A DNA stretch of 64,000 bases, taken from the NCBI GenBank assembly GCA_040755995.1, contig JBFMAF010000024.1, positions 96,001-160,000 on the forward strand. The letters run 5' to 3'. Both the position numbers and the translations under genes were made by a program. Below, one piece after another: positions 57,563 to 64,000 of this stretch. Position 1 is the first letter of the stretch. Each line of letters opens with the position of its first letter. This stretch comes from Acidobacteriota bacterium. GTDB lineage: Bacteria > Acidobacteriota > CAIWXX01. The notes beneath the pieces are model-generated. The model did not search any database. It saw nothing but the letters and a program-made list of their open reading frames with translations, and was not told the DNA's origin.

Positions 57563-59359
57563 ATGACGCCGCTCGACCGGTCGCTCAAGGAGACGATCTC
57601 CACCCAGTTCAAGTCGAAGATCCTTTACTCCCTGCTCGCGATCCTGCTGACAGTCGCCATCGTTCCGCTTCTGCTCTACGGCTGGAAGTCGATCGAGATC
57701 AACCGCGAGACCCTGCAGACCAATCTCCAGGAATTCCAGCTCAACATCGCACGATCGATATCGAACGAGGTGATCCTGTACCTGGACGCGCTTCAGAACC
57801 AGATCGGTGTGCTCGCGAAGGCGATCGAGATCGGCAGCGCCGGGAGCGACTTCAAGACGTCCTTCGACGACCTCAGGAAGGGCCAGGGAGGCTTGGTGAA
57901 GGTGGTCTCGGAGGGTGGAAACTTCTACTCGGTCCGCGTCTACGATATCAAGGGCAACTGGACGCAGGCGGGCATTTCCATCGAGGATGAGAACATCACC
58001 GCCGACATGGAGGATGCTTTCCTCGTAGCGGTCGATGGCACCTCCTACGTCTCACCCCGCCCCGAGATCTCCCAAACGCTCCAGGAGCCCGTGCTCGTGA
58101 TGGCGCAGCCGATCTACTCGAAGGGCGCCGTCGCCGGTGTCGTCGCCTCCATCACATCGTTCGAACCTATTCTGAGGTCGCTCACGGAGAAGAGCCGCGA
58201 GGGGAGCACGGTGTATCTGGTCGACAAGGAAGGTACGATCTTCGCGCACCCGGATCGAGCCAAGCTTCTGGCCAAGAGCTCCATCGCCGACACCCCCATC
58301 TTCAAAGAAATGAGCTCGGCGCGCGGTGTAGCCAGCGCCACCGTGCCCTTCAAGGAGATGACTCCGAACGGCGAGGTGGACTATGTCGGAACGTTCGACT
58401 GGGTGCCGCGAATGAACTGGGGAGTAGTGGTCCAGGTTGAACAGCGGCGCGTTTTCTACTCGGTCGACCAGATGCGGCGCACCACCATCCTCTGGGGGCT
58501 CATCGGGATGCTCGCCGCCGTGGCCGCGGGCATCTTCTTCGCGAAACGGATCTCGACCCCGATCCAGCGCGTGGCCAAGGGGGCTACGGCGCTGGCCGGA
58601 AGGGACTTCAGCCACAGAATAGAGGTGCGGAGCCGCAATGAGATCGGGCAGCTGGCCGAGACGTTCAACTTCATGAGCGATGAGATCCACAACTACGTCG
58701 AGAAGCTGAAGTGGGCGGCCGAGGAGAACAAGCAGCTGTTCGTGGGGTCGATCCAGATGATGGCGGCAGCCATCGACGAGAAGGATCCGTACACGCACGG
58801 TCACTCCGAACGAGTGGCACGATATTCGAAGTCGATCGCCGTCCAGCTTGGATTGGGACAGGTCGACGCCGAGAAGGTGTGGATATCGGCCCTGCTCCAC
58901 GACGTCGGGAAGATCGGCATCAGGGACAGCGTCCTGGGCAAGCCGGACACGCTGACCAAAGACGAGCTCGACACGATGCGCCAGCATCCGACCAAAGGCG
59001 CCACCATCATGAGCCCGGTCCGGCAGCTCAAGGACATAATCCCGGGAATCAAGCATCATCATGAGAGCTATGATGGGAGCGGCTATCCGGATCGATTGAA
59101 AGGGGAGGACATACCCGTCATGGCGCGCATCATAAGTGTGGCTGACACGTTCGACGCCATGACGACGGACCGGCCCTACCAACGGGCGATGGACCCCGAC
59201 TATGCCCTCGACAAGATCCGGTCATGGATTGGAAAACGGTTCGACGGAAGAGTGGTCGACGCGTTGGGCAAGGCGCTGGCTGCAGGACAGTTCAAGGCGG
59301 ATCAGGAGGCGGAGAACACGGCTGAGGCCGGTGTGATGTACTCTGGAGGTAGAGGATGA
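57563..59359 (+). CDS. Cache-HAMP-HD-GYP phosphodiesterase
   Basis: Two TM helices, HAMP, HSERV, LLHDVGK, HHESYDGSGYP. Confidence 0.92.
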   Translation: MTPLDRSLKETISTQFKSKILYSLLAILLTVAIVPLLLYGWKSIEINRETLQTNLQEFQLNIARSISNEVILYLDALQNQIGVLAKAIEIGSAGSDFKTSFDDLRKGQGGLVKVVSEGGNFYSVRVYDIKGNWTQAGISIEDENITADMEDAFLVAVDGTSYVSPRPEISQTLQEPVLVMAQPIYSKGAVAGVVASITSFEPILRSLTEKSREGSTVYLVDKEGTIFAHPDRAKLLAKSSIADTPIFKEMSSARGVASATVPFKEMTPNGEVDYVGTFDWVPRMNWGVVVQVEQRRVFYSVDQMRRTTILWGLIGMLAAVAAGIFFAKRISTPIQRVAKGATALAGRDFSHRIEVRSRNEIGQLAETFNFMSDEIHNYVEKLKWAAEENKQLFVGSIQMMAAAIDEKDPYTHGHSERVARYSKSIAVQLGLGQVDAEKVWISALLHDVGKIGIRDSVLGKPDTLTKDELDTMRQHPTKGATIMSPVRQLKDIIPGIKHHHESYDGSGYPDRLKGEDIPVMARIISVADTFDAMTTDRPYQRAMDPDYALDKIRSWIGKRFDGRVVDALGKALAAGQFKADQEAENTAEAGVMYSGGRG

Positions 59360-60249
59360 AGAGACTGGAGAGGGGTTTGGATACGGACGGGAAGGCCGGG
59401 GTGGGGTCCGAGATCCGCTACGCCGGATCCGAGACCGGGCCTGCCGTTCCCGCAGGGGCCTCGTCGCGCACAGGGACGAGCTGCTGTCGCCTGGTCTGGC
59501 TGATGTTCCTCGCGCTGATGATAGGCTGCGGCGGGAATCCTGACCCGCAGAAGGTCGCCTTATCGCAGCAGAACTCGTTCGACTACAACTACCGCCTGGG
59601 TGTCATGCACCTGAACCAGGGCAACATACCCTCCGCAATCATGGCGCTCCAGAAAGCACTCACGATCAAGCCGGAGGACGCAGACGGGTGGAATGCACTG
59701 GGGCTGGCCCATTTCATGGGCAAGCAGTACAAGGAAGCCCTGTTCGCGTTCCAGAAGGCGCTAGAGGTCAAGCCTACCTTCACGGATGTTCATAACAACT
59801 TGGGCAACGTCTATAACGACATGGGCCTGTATGACAAGGCCAAGGCGGAGTACAACAAGGTACTGGAGGACCTCACGTACCCCAAGCCGGAGGCGGCCTA
59901 CTTCAACCTGGCCACGATCGCGGCGGTAGAAGAGAAGTACGATGTCGCCCTGAACTACTGCCGGCTGGCGCTGAGCATGAACCCGCGCTTCGCGCGCGTT
60001 TACAACCTCATCGGCCTCATCAACGAGAAGAAGGGAGACCTGAGGGAGGCAGTCGCCAACTACCGGGTCGGGCTGACGGTCGGCCCGGAACAGCTCGAGC
60101 TCAACTACAACCTCGCCGTCGTGTTGTTCAAGACAAAGCAGTACGCCGAGTCGCGGCCGCTTTTCGAGAAGGTTGTACAACTGTATCCTGCCACGGATCA
60201 GGGCAAGCGGTCGTTGGAATACCTGCAGATGTTCGCGAAGCCCGAGTAG
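59356..60249 (+). CDS. TPR lipoprotein (PilF/PilW-like)
   Basis: Lipobox-like MIGC, multiple TPRs, DLTYPKPE; start may be downstream of 59356. Confidence 0.75.
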   Translation: MKRLERGLDTDGKAGVGSEIRYAGSETGPAVPAGASSRTGTSCCRLVWLMFLALMIGCGGNPDPQKVALSQQNSFDYNYRLGVMHLNQGNIPSAIMALQKALTIKPEDADGWNALGLAHFMGKQYKEALFAFQKALEVKPTFTDVHNNLGNVYNDMGLYDKAKAEYNKVLEDLTYPKPEAAYFNLATIAAVEEKYDVALNYCRLALSMNPRFARVYNLIGLINEKKGDLREAVANYRVGLTVGPEQLELNYNLAVVLFKTKQYAESRPLFEKVVQLYPATDQGKRSLEYLQMFAKPE

Positions 60250-60250
60250 T

Positions 60251-60613
60251 GTGTCGTTCGAGCCGCTGCTGACCGAGCTGCTGGAGGGGGTGGACGGCGC
60301 TATCTCCGCCGCGATGTTCGACGCGGAGGGGGAGATGGTGCAGATCGTCGGGCGCAAAGGCATCGATCGGCACCGCCTGCAGCTGATCGGCGCCTACGAG
60401 TCTATCTTCCACCGGCAGCTGCTCGACATGCTGGCGTTGTCTCCCTTGGAGAAGATCACGTGCCACTTCACTTGGTACAGCAGGGGGATCATCCTGACGT
60501 ATCCTCTCGGCGATGGCTACCTGCTGCAGTTGTACGGCGAGCCCGACTGCAACGTCGGCCAGGCCTTTCACCACATGCGCGCAGCCTACGCGAGGATCCT
60601 CGCGGAGATGTAG
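60251..60613 (+). CDS. Roadblock/LC7 (MglB-like) domain protein
   Basis: LLEGVDGAISAAMFDAEG, NVGQA; starts right after the TPR gene. Confidence 0.7.
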   Translation: MSFEPLLTELLEGVDGAISAAMFDAEGEMVQIVGRKGIDRHRLQLIGAYESIFHRQLLDMLALSPLEKITCHFTWYSRGIILTYPLGDGYLLQLYGEPDCNVGQAFHHMRAAYARILAEM

Positions 60614-60655
60614 GAGGCCGTCCAGGCATGATAGAATCGCCGTTCGGTTGAGAGC

Positions 60656-61591
60656 ATGCAGAAGAGAGCCGAGCTTGATCGCGTGAGGCCGACTGCCCTT
60701 TCCCGGCGCGACTGCAAAGTCTGGGCGGCGCACTTTGCCAAGGTGTGCAAGCGCGGCACGTCATTTCGCTCTTTCTACGAATCGCTGCCGGCGATTCTGG
60801 CCGGGCAGGATTTCCGATCGATAGTCACCGCGGTGGTCGCAGCCGCCCGCCGTCGTAGGATGGTCCTCTTGATGATGGGCGCGCACGTAATAAAGTGTGG
60901 GCTCTCTCCGTTGATCATCGACCTGATGAAGCGGGGGATCGTGAAGGCCGTCGCCATGAACGGAGCCGGCGTCGTGCACGACACGGAAATAGCGATGATC
61001 GGCCGGACCAGCGAGGACGTGGCGGAAGGGATCGCCGACGGCTCGTTCGGGATGGCGAGAGAGACGGCGCAGTTCATCAACGTCGCAGTCGCGCAGGGGT
61101 ATGCCGCAGGGGAGGGTTTCGGCGAGGCCGTTGGCAGGGAGATCGTGGAGGAAAAGCTGAGGCACAGGGAACTGAGCATACTGGCCGCCGGCCACACGCT
61201 CGCCATTCCCGTCACAGTCCATGTGGCCATCGGCACTGACATCGTGCATCAACACCCGACAGCAGACGGGGAAGCGATCGGCGGGGCGTCCTTTCTCGAT
61301 TTCCGAAGCCTCATCCACAGCGTGTCGAGACTCGATGGGGGTGTTGTGCTGAACGTCGGCTCGGCCGTGGTTCTTCCCGAGGTCTTTCTGAAGGCCCTCA
61401 CGGTGGCGAGAAACCTGGGCTTCCGCGCGAGCAGGTTCACAGCCGTCGATTTCGACATGATCCGCCAGTACCGGCCTCGCGAAAACGTCGTCACACGGCC
61501 CACCTCCGCAGGCGGCAGGGGCTATCAGATCGTGGGTCACCACGAGCTCATGATCCCACTCATGCATCGCGCCATCGTGGAGCGCATCTGA
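60656..61591 (+). CDS. Deoxyhypusine-synthase-like-fold hypothetical protein
   Basis: MGAHVIKCGL, HVAIGTDIVH, GSAVVLPEVFLKA, GHHELM. Confidence 0.7.
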   Translation: MQKRAELDRVRPTALSRRDCKVWAAHFAKVCKRGTSFRSFYESLPAILAGQDFRSIVTAVVAAARRRRMVLLMMGAHVIKCGLSPLIIDLMKRGIVKAVAMNGAGVVHDTEIAMIGRTSEDVAEGIADGSFGMARETAQFINVAVAQGYAAGEGFGEAVGREIVEEKLRHRELSILAAGHTLAIPVTVHVAIGTDIVHQHPTADGEAIGGASFLDFRSLIHSVSRLDGGVVLNVGSAVVLPEVFLKALTVARNLGFRASRFTAVDFDMIRQYRPRENVVTRPTSAGGRGYQIVGHHELMIPLMHRAIVERI

Positions 61592-61594
61592 GCC

Positions 61595-62587
61595 ATGGGA
61601 ACCCCATCCGTCGCCGCCCTGCGACGAATCGTCTCCCGCTTCCGCCGCATCAGGGTGCTGGTGGTGGGCGACCTTATCCTGGACGAGTTCATCTGGGGCG
61701 ATGTATCGCGGATCTCCCCCGAGGCGCCCGTGCCGGTGGTGTGGGTCCGGAACGAAAGCTACATGCCCGGGGGCGCGGCCAACGTCGCCCACAACCTCGC
61801 CGCCCTCGGCGCAGCAGTCTCCCTGATCGGACTGGTGGGAGATGACCTCCACGGAAGTACGCTTCGGCACAAGCTCGCCGAGAAAGGCGTCGACACCGGC
61901 GGCGTGATCGTGGATCATTCGCGCCCCACCACACTCAAGACCCGAGTCGTGGCACATCACCAGCAGCTCGTGCGGATCGACCGGGAGAAGATCGCTCCTG
62001 TCGCAGGCCGCGTGCTCGCCAGGATGGTCGAGTACCTGGAGGCCGCCGTCGATAGCGTGGATGCGGTGATCATCGAGGACTATGGCAAGGGTGTCATAAC
62101 ACCTCGACTACTGAAGCGGATACTCCCCCTGCTGCGGACCCACGGGAAGATCATCGCCGTGGATCCCAAGGAAGAGCACTTCCGGTACTACCGGGGCATC
62201 AGCGTCATTACGCCGAACCATCACGAAGCGTCGAGGCTCGTGGGATTCCCGATTCGCGATGGCGCCACCCTCGAGAAGGCCGGCGAGAAGATACTCAGGC
62301 TGCTTGACTGCTCGATCGCCCTCATCACGCTGGGCGAGCACGGGATGGCCGTTTTCGAGAAGGGCAAGAAAGTGCAGCAGATCCCGACCGTCGCGCAGGA
62401 GGTTTTCGACGTATCGGGCGCCGGCGACACCGTCGTTGCCGCCTACACGCTCGCCCTCGCAGCCGGCGCAAACGCCGTCGAGGCCGCTCTCATCGCCAAC
62501 CATGCTGCAGGGCTCGTCGTTGGCAAGGTCGGGATTGCTGTAGTGACCCCCCAAGAGCTCCTCCAGAGGATCACCTCAGCCCCCTGA
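61595..62587 (+). CDS. rfaE1: D-glycero-beta-D-manno-heptose-7-phosphate kinase (HldE domain I)
   Basis: GDLILD, RISPEAPVPV, DYGKG, TPNHHE, DVSGAGDT. Confidence 0.93.
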   Translation: MGTPSVAALRRIVSRFRRIRVLVVGDLILDEFIWGDVSRISPEAPVPVVWVRNESYMPGGAANVAHNLAALGAAVSLIGLVGDDLHGSTLRHKLAEKGVDTGGVIVDHSRPTTLKTRVVAHHQQLVRIDREKIAPVAGRVLARMVEYLEAAVDSVDAVIIEDYGKGVITPRLLKRILPLLRTHGKIIAVDPKEEHFRYYRGISVITPNHHEASRLVGFPIRDGATLEKAGEKILRLLDCSIALITLGEHGMAVFEKGKKVQQIPTVAQEVFDVSGAGDTVVAAYTLALAAGANAVEAALIANHAAGLVVGKVGIAVVTPQELLQRITSAP

Positions 62588-62958
62588 CAACCGCTCCTGC
62601 GCCGGCTCGGGTGTGCGGTAGTTGCACTGGCATCTTTGCCCGATTTGGCCTACCCTATGCAACTAATCAGGGTGAGGGAGAAAGGGTGACTGATCGGGGC
62701 GCGCAACAGTGCTGGTTGAGCGGGAAATGGGAATTCCCACGAGTGATATAGGTTGGGCGGCGCACTTGCGCAACGCCTTGGCACTGGCGGCTGGGGAGGC
62801 ACGGGGTGTCGAGTCAAGGCTGCCGTGAGGAGATATAAGGTCGCGCGTCCTTCAGAGAAGGTCTCCATCTCCAGGATCGACGCGCCGAAAATGATCGGGC
62901 ACGTGCCGAACAACTGGAGTGGTCGATGCTGCCGGATGTGTGGTGCAAGAAGCCGGAG

Positions 62959-63190
62959 ATTGCAGCTCTTCGTGAACGCGCCCCAAGTTTCCTTTGCAGG
63001 TGGCGATGAGCTCCAGGATGTAGTCACGATGGGCTTCGGATCTCTCCGGCCGGACTATTCGGGGGACTTCCGAAAACCCTCTCGCGATGACCCCGACCAC
63101 CGCACCCCTCGATACCCCGACCACCTTCGCGATCTGTCGGCAACTCCGCCCGGCCTCAGAGAGCCGCAGCGACGCGCTTCTTCTCCCGCT
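62959..63190 (-). pseudogene. IS21-family transposase (IstA) N-terminal remnant
   Basis: HTH LRLSEAGRSCRQIAKVVGVSRGAV followed by ILELIATCKGNLGRVHEEL, recognised from IstA N-termini; no start codon and no DDE domain follows. Confidence 0.6.
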
Positions 63191-64000
63191 TCGCCTTTTG
63201 GTAGCATTTGGAACAGAGCGGGTGGTCTTCCTGTCTGCCGCCGAGCCACTGTTGGACCGGCCGAGTCTCCCCGCAGGATGCGCACTCACGCTTGGTCTGG
63301 CAAACCCGGTTGTAACACCGATGGCACACCGGGCCGCGGCCGGGTATTCTTGCCGCGGCGACGGCCACGGCACCGCACTCCGCACAGGTGTGCCGCGGAT
63401 GGTGGCTCTTTCGGTAACATCGTTGGCAGACCGCGCCGCGCCCCGGGATCAACTTCCCGGCTACCGCCACGACGCCGCATTCGATGCACTGGTATCGGGG
63501 CCGCTGAGTGGCGCTGTAACAGCGGCTGCACAGCGGGCGCCGATCCGTGGTGAGACCGCCGCGGCGCCGCACCTTGCCGCACTTTGCACACATAATGGCA
63601 CCCCCCCGATATCGCCGGTCGTAGCAAGAGGTACAGATGGGTCCATGCCCCGGGACGAGCGCATTGGCAGGTCTCGTGCGACCACAGTCTGTACACACGT
63701 ACTTTGGCAGGTGTCTTCTTGAATAGCATCTGCGGCAAACCACAGTCCCGTCGGGCGTTATTGCCGCTGCTATCGCGAGGCTGCCACACTCGCCGCAATG
63801 ATGTCGGGGTCGGTACTTCCCATTATAGCAAACCATACAAACCGGGCCGTGATCCTCAATGACGGCCGCGACGACCCGGATGCGGTGACAGTCCGTGCAA
63901 TCGAGCTTCGGCCGGTAATACCTGGCGTAACAGGTGCCGCAGACAGGCCCCACATCCGCGATCACCGCGATTGCTTTCGCTACCCTCCCGCAACGCGCAC
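63156..64000 (-). CDS. Tandem CxxC-x16-CxxC-Y zinc-finger-like repeat protein, 5' end outside window
   Basis: At least 8 repeats of ~34 aa; frame stays open to base 64000 and continues the repeat (ARCGRVAKAIAV). Confidence 0.8.
   Translation of the reverse strand, partial: ARCGRVAKAIAVIADVGPVCGTCYARYYRPKLDCTDCHRIRVVAAVIEDHGPVCMVCYNGKYRPRHHCGECGSLAIAAAITPDGTVVCRRCYSRRHLPKYVCTDCGRTRPANALVPGHGPICTSCYDRRYRGGAIMCAKCGKVRRRGGLTTDRRPLCSRCYSATQRPRYQCIECGVVAVAGKLIPGRGAVCQRCYRKSHHPRHTCAECGAVAVAAARIPGRGPVCHRCYNRVCQTKRECASCGETRPVQQWLGGRQEDHPLCSKCYQKAKREKKRVAAAL

Noticed and set aside
62640..62670. dif/Xer-like CTATGCAACT near the accessory boundary
   Set aside because: Does not fit the 11-6-11 dif geometry and has no convincing XerC arm

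Overview
GC-rich bacterial chromosomal window. The gene content (VWA proteins, several SpoIIE/PP2C sensors, a BNR hydrolase, TPR proteins) suggests an Acidobacteriota-like organism, which is inference only. Core blocks: tolQ-tolR-tolA-tolB-pal-cpoB-ssb, pyrRBC, hemB, hypAB, cstA and a heptose kinase. Many signalling genes are present: three PP2C phosphatases, a STAS protein, an ECF sigma module, GGDEF, HD-GYP, an adenylate cyclase and a response regulator. Most notable: (1) an E. coli-type FadR with a canonical FadR box just downstream of its own sigma70 promoter, heading an alkyl-DHAP-synthase-like/GlpD-like/FGGY kinase operon (candidate acyl-CoA-sensing ether/glycerolipid pathway); (2) a window-truncated protein with at least 8 tandem ~34-aa C4 zinc-finger-like repeats whose 3' end overlaps an IS21 transposase remnant; (3) an orphan ParA-type ATPase coupled to a roadblock-like partner; (4) several families of short intergenic repeats, including a TA-terminated IS-end/MITE-like motif that supplies stop codons; (5) two toxin-antitoxin-type loci, one with a truncated VapC. 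No rRNA, tRNA or CRISPR array was found. All family assignments come from motif recognition by eye, not database searches.
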